64,000 nucleotides of DNA from Candidatus Poribacteria bacterium (lineage in GTDB: Bacteria > Poribacteria > WGA-4E > PCPOR2b), in NCBI GenBank assembly GCA_965215015.1, contig OZ244042.1:4672001-4736000 (forward strand), read 5' to 3'. A program made the position numbers and the translations under genes. How positions within the stretch are numbered: the stretch's first letter is position 1; each line of letters opens with the position of its first letter. The notes below the pieces were generated by a model. That model searched no databases. It worked only from the letters and a program-made list of their open reading frames with translations, and had not been told where the DNA came from. This document shows, in pieces, positions 34,141 to 44,068 of the stretch.

Positions 34141-35043
34141 TCATTTGCTCAAACGCCACCCTTGATTTGACTCAAAAAGTTCTATCTGTTTGGAAGTCGC
34201 TGCGGCTCTCGATTTGGTCTGCCCCCAAATGGATTCCAGGTCCGGTGTGCATTCATAGTCCTTGAATAGGCCTGAAATATCATCTGCTGTTCTTTTCTGC
34301 CCCAGCCTTTCTCGTATAATTTTCACATTGATCTTATCGAGTTCAATGCCGATTGATTGCCGCCCCAACTGCTCCGCAACGACCAACGTTGTCCCCGAAC
34401 CCACAAATGGATCCAATACAACATCGCCGGGATTTGTCGAAGAGAGGATTATCCGAAGGAGCAATTGAACCGGTGCCTGTTGCTTGTGCAAGCGATTTCC
34501 CACCGCATCCCGCAAGGCTTCATCTCCAGCAAAATAGCCCGATGTCAACTCACGAATATCGTCCCACACATCGGTGAGGAACATGCCATTTTCGCGCTCA
34601 TATTTATAGCCCGCAGGGAGTGGAGGATTGATTCGTAAACGATGAAATACCCGCGGACGCTCCCCTTTCGTTGCAAACGCAATGATTTGGTAGTGCTTAC
34701 CAAAACGCTTTACTCCGGGAACGGCGGACGTTTTCTTCTTCCAAATGATTAGGTTTTGAAATGTCCACCCAGATTCGCGCAGACACCGTAGCACGGACTC
34801 AGTTTTTTTCTCACGCTGCATAAAATAGATTGCGCCACTTGAAGTGGTCCGGTGATAAATCTTTGTGCACACCTCACCCATCCATTTCCAATATTGCACT
34901 TCAGGCAAGTTATCATCCCATTCGTTATAACCCTTGTCTTGATTGAAGGGGGGATCGAGAAAGGTGAGATCCACAGGACCAAAAGGAGAATTCTGTTGGT
35001 CCAACAACGAACCACAATCTCCATGTAGCACAGTCGTTTTCAT
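34141..35043 (-). CDS. Beta-class amino-DNA methyltransferase
   Basis: DPPFN motif IV before DPFVGSGTT motif I; start MKTTVLHGD. Confidence 0.9.
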   Translation of the reverse strand: MKTTVLHGDCGSLLDQQNSPFGPVDLTFLDPPFNQDKGYNEWDDNLPEVQYWKWMGEVCTKIYHRTTSSGAIYFMQREKKTESVLRCLRESGWTFQNLIIWKKKTSAVPGVKRFGKHYQIIAFATKGERPRVFHRLRINPPLPAGYKYERENGMFLTDVWDDIRELTSGYFAGDEALRDAVGNRLHKQQAPVQLLLRIILSSTNPGDVVLDPFVGSGTTLVVAEQLGRQSIGIELDKINVKIIRERLGQKRTADDISGLFKDYECTPDLESIWGQTKSRAAATSKQIELFESNQGWRLSK

Positions 35044-35076
35044 GTTATTTCTCGTTGTCCGAAATTTGATGACGCT

Positions 35077-35096
35077 GTTCAACTGCGTAGGTTCTA
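35077..35096 (-). mobile_element. Degenerate solo MITE terminus
   Basis: Minus strand TAGAACCTACGCAGTTGAAC versus family end TAGGACTTACGCAGTTGAAT. Confidence 0.5.
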
Positions 35097-35240
35097 TGTG
35101 ATTTGGGATATTCTTCTGCACTGAGTTCGGCAATGGTTTGGGGGTATACTTTACAACTGTTTCCTCGCTTACGCCCTTATTTTTTTATGCACCCGGACCA
35201 TCACCACCATTTTTTGAAATGCCCAATCTCTTCAGTGTGA

Positions 35241-35522
35241 TTAAGTTTCACCCCGTTTACCTTCATCCTTCAAAATTGAGATTATCGTCACTTTCTTACC
35301 AGAAAAACTCAGCGTATCATAGACTCTTGAATGCGGGTAAGCCCGGGGCCTTTTTGGTGAAACCCAGCAGCTTAAAGCAATCTGCTTGGTTGAACCAATC
35401 TCTATAATAAAAGTTGCTTTTTCTGAAAGTGTTGCGTCAAAATCTTTGTAACTGAAAGATTTAAGTGTGCTGCATAGAAGTGGGGTATATTTTACTCCAG
35501 TAATCCTAGCGAAAATATCCAT
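35241..35522 (-). pseudogene. Truncated type II restriction endonuclease-like remnant
   Basis: 93-aa fragment between two methyltransferases; WVSPKRPRAYPHSRVYDTL...KKVTII..LKDEG resembles the N-terminus of type II REases. Confidence 0.5.
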
Positions 35523-35549
35523 CAGATACTCATTACACCTCTAACGAAG

Positions 35550-36407
35550 CTAAAACAACTCCCTCTGATCAACAATTGGACGAAGCTGGCCAACCGCATA
35601 ATCTATATATTTTTGTTGCGTCTCAATTCCGACATGTGCTCTGCCCAGTTTTTCTGCAGCACAATTTGTCTGCCCACTTCCGGCAAAAATGTCAATCACC
35701 GAATCTCCCTTATAAGAGTAAAACTGGATGACCCGTTCCGCAAGCTCTAGCGGAAATGGACATGGATGCAGATTCTCTTGCGGGGCTAATGGACGGATTT
35801 TCCAGACGTTTTTACTCTGCTCGCCCTGGTAGTCTTTCAAATCAATTTTATTGTTTCTTTTCTCTTCATCGCTTCTATTCCAATAAATGTTGTTCTGACT
35901 TTTCCTATCAGCAGGTTTCTGAAAAACAAAAATATATTCGGCAACCAAACTGGGATAGTAATATCCGGGATAGGGATGCTGCAACAAAACCCCCGACCGC
36001 CTATCCCTTGCAACCGGCTTTTCCCAGATAATATCCTCCCTGAATCTCCATCCAATTTCTTCGAGCCAGTTGACGAAATGGAACGGGAGCGCGGTGCGTA
36101 TGCCATTCCATAAGATCGGGGCGATATTTACAACATTGTATCCTCCGGGCTTTGTGATTCTCAGCAACGCCTTGAACCGATCGACCAGAAAAACCCGATA
36201 TTCCTCGTAAGATATATCCTCTCGTTCCCATCGCGCTTTGGTGCCGTACAATTTTTCAATATGGGCATCGTAATTGATTGCGTTCAGGTAGGGTGGCGAG
36301 GTGAATCCAAGTATAAAGCAGTCGTCGGGAAAACTATCCATGACCGAGAGACAATCCCCTTTGATAATCCGCCCATTACCAATTTTGATTTCTTCTAAGA
36401 CCACCAT
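35550..36407 (-). CDS. Beta-class DNA methyltransferase (probable N4-cytosine)
   Basis: TSPPY, HPCPFP, DIFAGSG. Confidence 0.9.
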   Translation of the reverse strand: MVVLEEIKIGNGRIIKGDCLSVMDSFPDDCFILGFTSPPYLNAINYDAHIEKLYGTKARWEREDISYEEYRVFLVDRFKALLRITKPGGYNVVNIAPILWNGIRTALPFHFVNWLEEIGWRFREDIIWEKPVARDRRSGVLLQHPYPGYYYPSLVAEYIFVFQKPADRKSQNNIYWNRSDEEKRNNKIDLKDYQGEQSKNVWKIRPLAPQENLHPCPFPLELAERVIQFYSYKGDSVIDIFAGSGQTNCAAEKLGRAHVGIETQQKYIDYAVGQLRPIVDQRELF

Positions 36408-36423
36408 AACCTTAACATGCCTA

Positions 36424-36903
36424 TCAATTCGTTAATTCTTCAATCTGCCGATACAAGTTCGCCATCTCAATCGCCGTGACCGCCGCCTCTGCCCCTTTAT
36501 TCCCCGCCTTGGTGCCAGCGCGTTCAATCGCTTGCTCAATAGTATCGGTCGTGATAACGCCATAAATCACCGGTAGCCCCGTATTGAAAGAGACCTGTGC
36601 AATCCCTTTCGCGCTTTCGTTGGCGACAAAGTCGAAGTGGGGGGTCGCCCCACGAATAACCGCACCGATACAGATGACCGCATCATATCGCCCCTTTTCA
36701 GCGAGGCGTTTTGCCGTAGTGGGAATCTCGAAGGAACCGGGCGTCCAGCAGATATCTACATCCTCTGGCCCCACACCGTGGCGTTTGAGTGCGTCAAGCG
36801 CACCATCTAGTAATTTGGTGGTAATAAAGCTATTAAACCGACTGACCACAATCCCAATTTTCAGGCCAGTGCCGATTAGATTGCCTTCGTAGATATTTGG
36901 CAT
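36424..36903 (-). CDS. ribH: 6,7-dimethyl-8-ribityllumazine synthase
   Basis: [31 protein letters not shown]. Confidence 0.97.
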   Translation of the reverse strand: MPNIYEGNLIGTGLKIGIVVSRFNSFITTKLLDGALDALKRHGVGPEDVDICWTPGSFEIPTTAKRLAEKGRYDAVICIGAVIRGATPHFDFVANESAKGIAQVSFNTGLPVIYGVITTDTIEQAIERAGTKAGNKGAEAAVTAIEMANLYRQIEELTN

Positions 36904-36922
36904 TGTCCCCAGTGCCAGCTAT

Positions 36923-38182
36923 TTAGCCCTGAACCATCAGGCCATCATAACCGTGCACCGTCTCCTCCTTCTCATCGTTGATAGTATCTAACAACAAATG
37001 CCCTAGTTTCGTCCGTTTCGTCTCCAAATAGTGACGGTTAAATTCGTGGGGTCTAGTTTGCAGCGGAATCCGCTCGATAATCTCAAGGTTATGCCCCTCC
37101 AACCCACTGACCTTACGCGGGTTATTTGTCAACAAACGCATCTTCTGCACACCGAGGTCCGTCAAAATCTGGGCACCCACGCCGTAATCCCGTAAATCTG
37201 GAGGGAAGCCAAGCCGTTCATTCGCTTCAACGGTGTCAAGACCTTCGCTGTCCTGCAATCGGTAGGCGCGAATTTTGTTTCCGAGTCCCATACCCCGTCC
37301 CTCCTGACGCATATAGACCAACACACCCCGCTCCTCTTTTTGGATGAGCTGCATCGCTTTCTCCAATTGCTCGCCACAGTCACAGCGCAGCGAGCCAAAG
37401 ACATCTCCGGTGAGACATTGCGAATGCATCCGTACTAGCACCGGTTCACCGTCCGAAATGTCTCCTTTAATCAACGCTATGTGGGTTTTCTCGTCATCAG
37501 CACTTTGGTAGGAGTGGAGCCTGAAGTATCCGTGCCTTGTCTGCAGGTCTGCCTCGGCAACCCGCTTGATAAGCGTCTCCGTTTGCCGGCGATAAGCAAT
37601 CAGGTCCGCAATAGTAATGAACTTTAGACCATACTTTTGAGCGAACTCAAAGAGCTGCGGCAGACGTGCCATCGTGCCATCTTCGTTCAAGATTTCGCAG
37701 AGAACCCCCGCCGGATAGAGGCCCGCCAAACGTGCCAAATCAACCGTTGCCTCTGTATGGCCCGCACGCCGCAAGACGCCCCCCTCCTTTGCTTGCAATG
37801 GGAAGATATGGCCCGGACGGACGAAATCCTCCGCTTTCGTCTCTGAATGGACAAACTTCTGAATCGTGTGCGCCCGCTCGTAAGCGGAAATTCCGGTGGT
37901 TACATCTTTGGCATCAATTGTTACAGTAAACGCCGTGTGCAGCTGTGCGGTGTTTTCCGAGACCATCAACGGGAGATTCAATTCTGAAAGCCGTTCCACG
38001 GTTGCGGGCAAGCAAATCATACCACGCCCGTATTTCGCCATAAAATTAATCGCCTCCGGCGTGGCTTTCTCCGCTGCCATGATTAAATCGCCTTCGTTTT
38101 CTCGATCCGGATCATCGGAGACAATAATTATCTCCCCATTTTGAATCGCTTCAATGGCTTCTGGAATTGTGTTAAACTTCAT
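36923..38182 (-). CDS. ribBA: Bifunctional DHBP synthase / GTP cyclohydrolase II
   Basis: [37 protein letters not shown]. Confidence 0.97.
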   Translation of the reverse strand: MKFNTIPEAIEAIQNGEIIIVSDDPDRENEGDLIMAAEKATPEAINFMAKYGRGMICLPATVERLSELNLPLMVSENTAQLHTAFTVTIDAKDVTTGISAYERAHTIQKFVHSETKAEDFVRPGHIFPLQAKEGGVLRRAGHTEATVDLARLAGLYPAGVLCEILNEDGTMARLPQLFEFAQKYGLKFITIADLIAYRRQTETLIKRVAEADLQTRHGYFRLHSYQSADDEKTHIALIKGDISDGEPVLVRMHSQCLTGDVFGSLRCDCGEQLEKAMQLIQKEERGVLVYMRQEGRGMGLGNKIRAYRLQDSEGLDTVEANERLGFPPDLRDYGVGAQILTDLGVQKMRLLTNNPRKVSGLEGHNLEIIERIPLQTRPHEFNRHYLETKRTKLGHLLLDTINDEKEETVHGYDGLMVQG

Positions 38183-38215
38183 AGGTGGTGCCTTCATTTA
38201 GTCGAAATTTTGGTT

Positions 38216-38860
38216 TCAAATATACCCGTGTTTTGCTAAGAAGTCCATATCGATTGATGATTCCTCGGCAGACGGATAGGTCAACAATCGTTCGATATAA
38301 CGCCCTAACAGATCGACCTCGATATTCACGTGAGCACCGACTCGCTTATGCCCTAACGTTGTCACATGCTTGGTGTGGGGAATAAGTGCAACCTCAAAAC
38401 CGGCGTCAAACAGATTTGAGATTGTCAGACTGACACCGTCAACACAGACCGATCCCTTATACACTACATACCGCATTGCCCCCTGAGAAATCGAAACATG
38501 CATTAGAGATGATGTCCCTTCATCGTGCCAACCGCTGATGGTCCCGACCTCGTCAACATGCCCCAAAACGAGATGTCCCCCCAATCGATCTGCCAGACGC
38601 AATGGGTTCTCAAGATTAACCGAATGGCCTGACTTGAGGGAACCCAATGTTGTACGCCGTAACGTCTCAGCGGAAACATCTGCCGTAAAACTGTCATGCG
38701 TCAGGGCAGTGATTGTCAGACAGACCCCATCTATTGCAATACTATCCCCAACCTTGCTATCCGATAACACCTCTGTGGCTGCGATAGTCAGTACTCCCGT
38801 CTGGGAGCCGTGCTGGACCCCCTTTACAATCCCCAACTCCGTAACAATTCCTGTGAACAT
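38216..38860 (-). CDS. ribE: Riboflavin synthase
   Basis: MFTGI, GVCLT, GGHLVLGHVD, KGSVCVDGVSLT, LIPHT. Confidence 0.97.
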   Translation of the reverse strand: MFTGIVTELGIVKGVQHGSQTGVLTIAATEVLSDSKVGDSIAIDGVCLTITALTHDSFTADVSAETLRRTTLGSLKSGHSVNLENPLRLADRLGGHLVLGHVDEVGTISGWHDEGTSSLMHVSISQGAMRYVVYKGSVCVDGVSLTISNLFDAGFEVALIPHTKHVTTLGHKRVGAHVNIEVDLLGRYIERLLTYPSAEESSIDMDFLAKHGYI

Positions 38861-38946
38861 AGCTATCTACTTTGATTCCAACCTCACTGTTAAGGTCCGA
38901 CTCCCAATATTTTTATCGGGAATATTGGTTGTGGGTTAGATGAGTT

Positions 38947-38975
38947 ATTATAGCATGACCGGGGGTCTCTGTAAA
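38947..38975 (-). promoter_or_regulatory. Putative sigma70 promoter of the rib operon
   Basis: Minus strand TTTACA-N17-TATAAT with TG extension. Confidence 0.65.
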
Positions 38976-39270
38976 CCAAAAAACCTGAGAGAAAATTTGC
39001 CTCTCCTCAATCCCAATAGATCAGGATTCAGAACCTGTTTGACAATCTATTTGCAGCAGCACCATTTGCTTTGAATCTTCCGATTTCGTTGAATTGTTCC
39101 AATACTTACGAAATAGTGGATTCACGGTTTGGTAATGTTTCAGGAACTGAAACAAACCCCACCTTATTCCGCCATCGGTTTTGTGGGTAGTCGGGGCATC
39201 TTGCCCCGCCCCATCTCAACACTAATCCAAAGGAGAAACCGTGGTGCAATCTTGTGTAACAATATACAAT

Positions 39271-39402
39271 GCTGGTTCTGTATGGCAAGCAAGATATTAT
39301 GATCGAGGTTCGGGGGAGGAATCGCTGAATGAAATTATACGATATTTTTATGGGAACTCTGTTCGGAAGGGGTTGGTTAAATAGGCGAGGGATTATCCAT
39401 TG
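39271..39402 (+). pseudogene. Remnant of REP-associated (IS200-like Y1) tyrosine transposase C-terminus
   Basis: Manual translation AGSVWQARYYDRGSGEESLNEIIRYFYGNSVRKGLVK*ARDYP matches the RAYT pattern WQ..Y.D......YI..NPV..GL....DYPW. Confidence 0.6.
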
Positions 39403-39490
39403 CAAAAAAAAATCAATCGACAGCGTCACGCTCACTATCATCAACAACTACCTTGTTAACACCTGTCGTGAGATGGGATTAGCATGGATG
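39401..39490 (+). repeat. Diverged copy of the first about 90 bp of the hydantoinase B gene
   Basis: Encodes KSIDSVTLTIINNYLVNTCREMGLA, matching 44070-44160. Confidence 0.85.
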
Positions 39491-39667
39491 GTATGCTGTC
39501 GAAACGATTGTCAATTTAATCCCATTCTTAGACTCTCGAAACAGAGCTCCATGTTTTATAGGAGTTGGCAAAATGTACGACGAAAACACCCTGTTGGAAC
39601 TAGGGCTATTTAGTTTTCGGTTTTCTTCTTATTTGAGTAGCTTCTTATTTGAGTAGGAGGTCGGGAT

Positions 39668-40427
39668 TCGGAAACCCCTCTCCGTTCCGAGAGTCTTCGA
39701 CCTACAGGAGAACTAAATGCCCCTAAAATATTCCTTGAGTTCGATCGATTTTTGTTGGAAATAGCGATATAATTATCTTTGCAATGGAGGCAAGGTTAAC
39801 CATTGACTGTTATTTTTATCAATCAACAATATGAAATCTAAACCCATTTTCGGAGGTCTAATGAAAAACGGAAAGGAGTTCCAATGCGGGATTCTGATGA
39901 TTGCAACCCTTGTTTTGTGTCTCACGTCTCCCGCTGTTGCGAGTAAGAGAACGGTTGGACTACTCTTGAACGAGCGGGGGGGCCTCGCGGGATATACCCT
40001 ATTCACCCCACGCTGGAATAGCACAGTTTGCTTGATCGACCATTTTGTCGGAAACCCCTCTCCGTTCCGAGAGTCTTTGACCTACAGGAGAACTAAATGC
40101 CCCTAAAATATTCCTTTGGTTCGATCGATTTTTGTTGGAAATAGTAGTATAATTATTTTTGCAATGGGGGCAAGGTTAACCATTGACTGTTATTTTTATC
40201 AATCAACAATATGAAATCTAAACCTATTTTCGGAGGTCTAATGAAAAACGGAAAGGAGTTCCAATGCGGGATTCTGATGATTGCAACCCTTGTTTTGTGT
40301 CTCACGTCTCCCGCTGTTGCAAGTAAGAGAACGGTTGGACTACTCTTGAACGAGCGGGGGGGCCTCGCGGGATATACCCTATTCACCCCACGCTGGAATA
40401 GCACAGTTTACTTGATCGACCATTTTG
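39668..40427 (+). repeat. 380-bp tandem duplication (39668-40047 / 40048-40427)
   Basis: Near-identical copies with a few substitutions; duplicates the promoter region and N-terminus of the 1057-aa gene. Confidence 0.95.
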
Positions 40428-43384
40428 GAAGGGAAGTACATACCTGGTCAATTAATCAGAGGTGGAGAATTCAAATCAGTCATGTAAAACTGCTTGAGAA
40501 TGGGAACTTACTGCTGGCTATACAAGAAGGCCAAGGTAGAAGCGTAGCGGAAGTTGACCCGGACGGAAATATAGTGTGGGAATACGCTCATCCGAACCTG
40601 CATCATGACATGCTCAAGCTGCCCAATGGAAACGTGCTCCTGCTCTCGCGTGAAATCAAAACGCCGGAGGAGGCCATCGCCGCCGGCGCGAATCCCGGCT
40701 TCATCTCCCCTGGCGGGCTTGAGGTCGACTATCTGGTCGAAGTGCAGCCAGCCAGCGGCGAGGTTGTGTGGGAATGGTCGGTATGGGACCACCTGGTCCA
40801 GGACTTCGACCCGCGCAAGCCGAATTATGGAGCGATTACGGAGCATCCTGAACTGATTGATATCAACTTCATTCTCTCACCGCTAGTCAGAGATGAATAC
40901 AGGAGACCGACAGACTGGACGCACATCAACGGGATAGACTACCACCCCGTCTTGGACCAGATTATGCTATCTCCCAAGCATTATGGCGAGTTGTGGATTA
41001 TAGACCACAGCACGACGAAAGAAGAAGCTGCCGGTCACCACGGCGGAAACAGTCGCAAGGGAGGCGACCTGCTGTACCGGTGGGGCAACCCGAGGGCGTA
41101 CCGTAGAGGAACCACCGATGAGCAGCGGCTCTTCTGGCACCATAATGCACACTGGATTGCTCCCGGGCTCCCGGGAGCGGGCAATATTCTCATATTCAAT
41201 AACGGGGACGAATTCCAGGGATTCCAGCGTTGGTATTCGTCCGTAGACGAGATTGTTCCCCCGGTTGAGAGGTACGGTTACCGGCGGCCTCCCGGCTCCG
41301 CTTACCCGCCCGCCGAACCGGTATGGACCTATCATGCCGCAGAAGCACCCTTTGACTTTTACGCTCGCAACGTTTCGGGAATGCAGCGGCTTCCCAACGG
41401 CAACACCTTGATTTGCGACGGGCCTCACGGTACATTTTTCCAGGTAACGCCAGAGGGAAAAACGGTTTGGAAGTACGTCAACCCGGTAGTCGGCCCGGTA
41501 ACGGTCAACGATTTGCTGCACCAGGGCGACGAGATACCCATCCGAAACACTCGGGAAACCCCCTATGGACTCGCCCACGTGTTGGATAACTCCGTGTACC
41601 GCGCCTACTGGTACGCGCCAGATTACCCAGGACTGCAAGGGCTGGACTTAGCCCCCGGAAAGCCGATTGAGCTCTACCGCACACCGTGGGAGGCCTATCC
41701 GGAGCTAACGGTGAAAATCGGGGGCAAAGTTGATGGATCAACAGAGAAAATCCCGAAAACGGTTCGCATCACGGTCAGCCCGACGGATATCAATGATGAA
41801 GGGGAGGGAACAACGCCTTTTACGCGCGCCTTCACGAACAACGCTAACGTAACGGTGACTGCCCCATTGTCGTTAGACCACAACGGAGTTAACCTGACCT
41901 TCAAGGGGTGGGAAGACGGCAATGGCACCCTTCTCGGTTCCAATCCCACTCTTACACTCCTAATGGATGCTGATAAAACCCTCACCGCCTGTTATGAAGG
42001 CGCGACGCTCTTCCTCCTCACCGTCAATTCTATGCCATCAGGTACTGAGATAACAGTGACGCCGGCAGACCGTAATAGCGAGGTTATTCCACCCCCTTCA
42101 CTCGTGAATACGCGGCGGGCAAATTACCACGAACCCACCCCGAAGTTTACCATGACCATACCTAAAGGTATCAGCCTGATTCACCGACCGTTTGTTGTGG
42201 AGAAGGTCAACAATCAAGAGAAGCGGATTGACACGGTTGGGGAATTGTTCGAGCTCCTCTCACCTGATGTCAACATGCTCATCACCTATGACCCCCAAAA
42301 TGAGGTATGGCACAGTTATATTGGCGATTCGAGTCAAAACACCCCAGCCAACCGTGAGCTAGCGGGCGACACCGGTATCGTCGCTGTCATGGACAATGAT
42401 CGGACCCTTCAGCTGGAGGGCCAACAAGAAGACAGCGGGATTATCACTCTCAAAGCCGGCAGAAACCTCGTCGGTTCACCTGTTAAGAGTAAGCAGCTAC
42501 AGACCGTCAGCGACTTCCTGACGTTGTTCCCCGGCATAACGGCCATCATCATTGCCAATCCAAACGGCGGTTCCGGGTATACCGGTTTCCAAGTCATTAC
42601 GTCAACGGGAGACCTCGGGGGGATTCTAGAGATAATAGGAGACCGATCCTACGTCGTTGACACAGTGGCAGACGAAACCGTCGAGATAACCGGCACCGGC
42701 TGGAATAATGCTAGTGGTGGTGTAGCCGCCTCGCCTGCCTGGTCCATCTATCCGATGGATGGGCAGACGCCTGTGTTATTGGTCCAAGGCGCGGTGGTCG
42801 ATGAAATAACGGGACTGACGCTGGATGGGTTCTCGGTGACCGTTAAAAACTTGAACACCGGTGTCGCTCTGAAGGTTTGCTCCGGTGAAGATCGGCCAGA
42901 AGGCGGGTATCATCTCACCTTTGTTGATACACTTAAAAGCCATGCCGCACGGGTAGGGGATGTGCTGGAGATTACCGCTCAGGCGCCTTCTCCGCTCGTC
43001 GGTGTAGTACCGATACGTCACATTGTAACAATCGACGATGTGAAAACGAGTCGGTTGAATTTGGAAGCACTAATCGCTTATGAGATTCCAGTCGAAACTC
43101 AGTTGCTCCCCAATTACCCCAATCCGTTCAATCCCGAAACGTGGATACCGTTCAGGTTGGCCGAAGGTTCAAACGTCACGTTGACCATTTACGATGCCGT
43201 TGGGCGCTTGGTGCGGCTGATAGAGGTTGGCCACAAACCGGCCGCGGCGTATGAGTCAAAGTCAAAGGCAATCTACTGGAATGGTTGTAACGACCAGGGA
43301 GAGCGGGTTGCTAGTGGGTTTTACTTCTACTCCCTGCTAGCGGGTGACTTCTCAGCCACTCGCAAAATGCTGATTCTGAAGTAG
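40211..43384 (+). CDS. Secreted aryl-sulfate sulfotransferase (ASST-like) multidomain protein with C-terminal T9SS-A/FlgD-like tail
   Basis: Signal peptide; HHD, DWTHINGIDY, LYRWGNP, QRLPNGNTLI motifs; C-terminal LLPNYPNPFNPETWIPF...YWNG...RKMLILK. Start may be 40241. Confidence 0.85.
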   Translation: MKSKPIFGGLMKNGKEFQCGILMIATLVLCLTSPAVASKRTVGLLLNERGGLAGYTLFTPRWNSTVYLIDHFGREVHTWSINQRWRIQISHVKLLENGNLLLAIQEGQGRSVAEVDPDGNIVWEYAHPNLHHDMLKLPNGNVLLLSREIKTPEEAIAAGANPGFISPGGLEVDYLVEVQPASGEVVWEWSVWDHLVQDFDPRKPNYGAITEHPELIDINFILSPLVRDEYRRPTDWTHINGIDYHPVLDQIMLSPKHYGELWIIDHSTTKEEAAGHHGGNSRKGGDLLYRWGNPRAYRRGTTDEQRLFWHHNAHWIAPGLPGAGNILIFNNGDEFQGFQRWYSSVDEIVPPVERYGYRRPPGSAYPPAEPVWTYHAAEAPFDFYARNVSGMQRLPNGNTLICDGPHGTFFQVTPEGKTVWKYVNPVVGPVTVNDLLHQGDEIPIRNTRETPYGLAHVLDNSVYRAYWYAPDYPGLQGLDLAPGKPIELYRTPWEAYPELTVKIGGKVDGSTEKIPKTVRITVSPTDINDEGEGTTPFTRAFTNNANVTVTAPLSLDHNGVNLTFKGWEDGNGTLLGSNPTLTLLMDADKTLTACYEGATLFLLTVNSMPSGTEITVTPADRNSEVIPPPSLVNTRRANYHEPTPKFTMTIPKGISLIHRPFVVEKVNNQEKRIDTVGELFELLSPDVNMLITYDPQNEVWHSYIGDSSQNTPANRELAGDTGIVAVMDNDRTLQLEGQQEDSGIITLKAGRNLVGSPVKSKQLQTVSDFLTLFPGITAIIIANPNGGSGYTGFQVITSTGDLGGILEIIGDRSYVVDTVADETVEITGTGWNNASGGVAASPAWSIYPMDGQTPVLLVQGAVVDEITGLTLDGFSVTVKNLNTGVALKVCSGEDRPEGGYHLTFVDTLKSHAARVGDVLEITAQAPSPLVGVVPIRHIVTIDDVKTSRLNLEALIAYEIPVETQLLPNYPNPFNPETWIPFRLAEGSNVTLTIYDAVGRLVRLIEVGHKPAAAYESKSKAIYWNGCNDQGERVASGFYFYSLLAGDFSATRKMLILK

Positions 43385-43386
43385 TC

Positions 43387-43853
43387 GTGTGCCGTGTAAA
43401 CAGTAATTATGAAGTGTCAATGTCTACTAACTGGGATTGTCGGAATATCCCATACGCATCTCGATATAGAGGGACAAAAGGAGAAAAGAAAAGGACCTTT
43501 ATAACGTATCGCATCTTTGAATGACTGGAAACATGGGATTATCTAAGTTGGTAACTATACCAATATGATAATGGAGTCGTCGTATTACCAAAGTATAAAG
43601 TCCAAAAAGGCTTTATGCAGTGTATTTTAATTACACCTGTCCTCGAAGTATAAGCCCTCAGTAACAAGAACGAAAACAGAGAGGGAAAAGGACAACAGAT
43701 TAAGTTATCTTCTAACAACCGAAAAGGAGAAATACCGAAATGGATTTCGATTCTGAAAAACTGAACTAGAAAGCCGCGTGCGGTGAAAGTCGCACGCTTG
43801 GTTCAGAGAGAGGCATACGGATTCTCAACGAGAATACTCGGTTTCTACTCTAC
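43387..43853 (+). mobile_element. ORF-less group II intron (about 467 nt)
   Basis: 5' GTGTG at 43387; domain V AAGCCGCGTGCGGTGAAAGTCGCACGCTTGGTTC (43771-43804); domain VI with bulged A at 43847; AC end at 43853. Confidence 0.8.
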
Positions 43854-44068
43854 TTCGGCAATGATGGGCATTAGATTAAAATCTGATGAAATTTTCTGAA
43901 TGATTGCTGCTCTTGCGGCCTTTTATTAGAGCCGGTTGATACCATAGGTTGTATTGTTTTGGGGTTTCATAGGTGCCCCATGAGTCAATCATCGTTGATG
44001 ACAATATCATCTTCTTTTCGTTTAGCTCATGGGATCACTTGATACCAACGATAAATAAAAGGACAAAT

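Noticed and set aside
38861-38945. FMN riboswitch upstream of the rib operon
   Set aside because: The leader is only about 80 nt and lacks RFN consensus motifs.
39831-40106. 91-aa ORF as an independent gene
   Set aside because: By-product of the 380-bp tandem duplication; its C-terminus reads into repeat sequence.
40967-41638. Long antisense ORFs (e.g. 40967-41638, 58708-59322, 32392-32943)
   Set aside because: Shadow frames of well-supported genes with no independent motifs.
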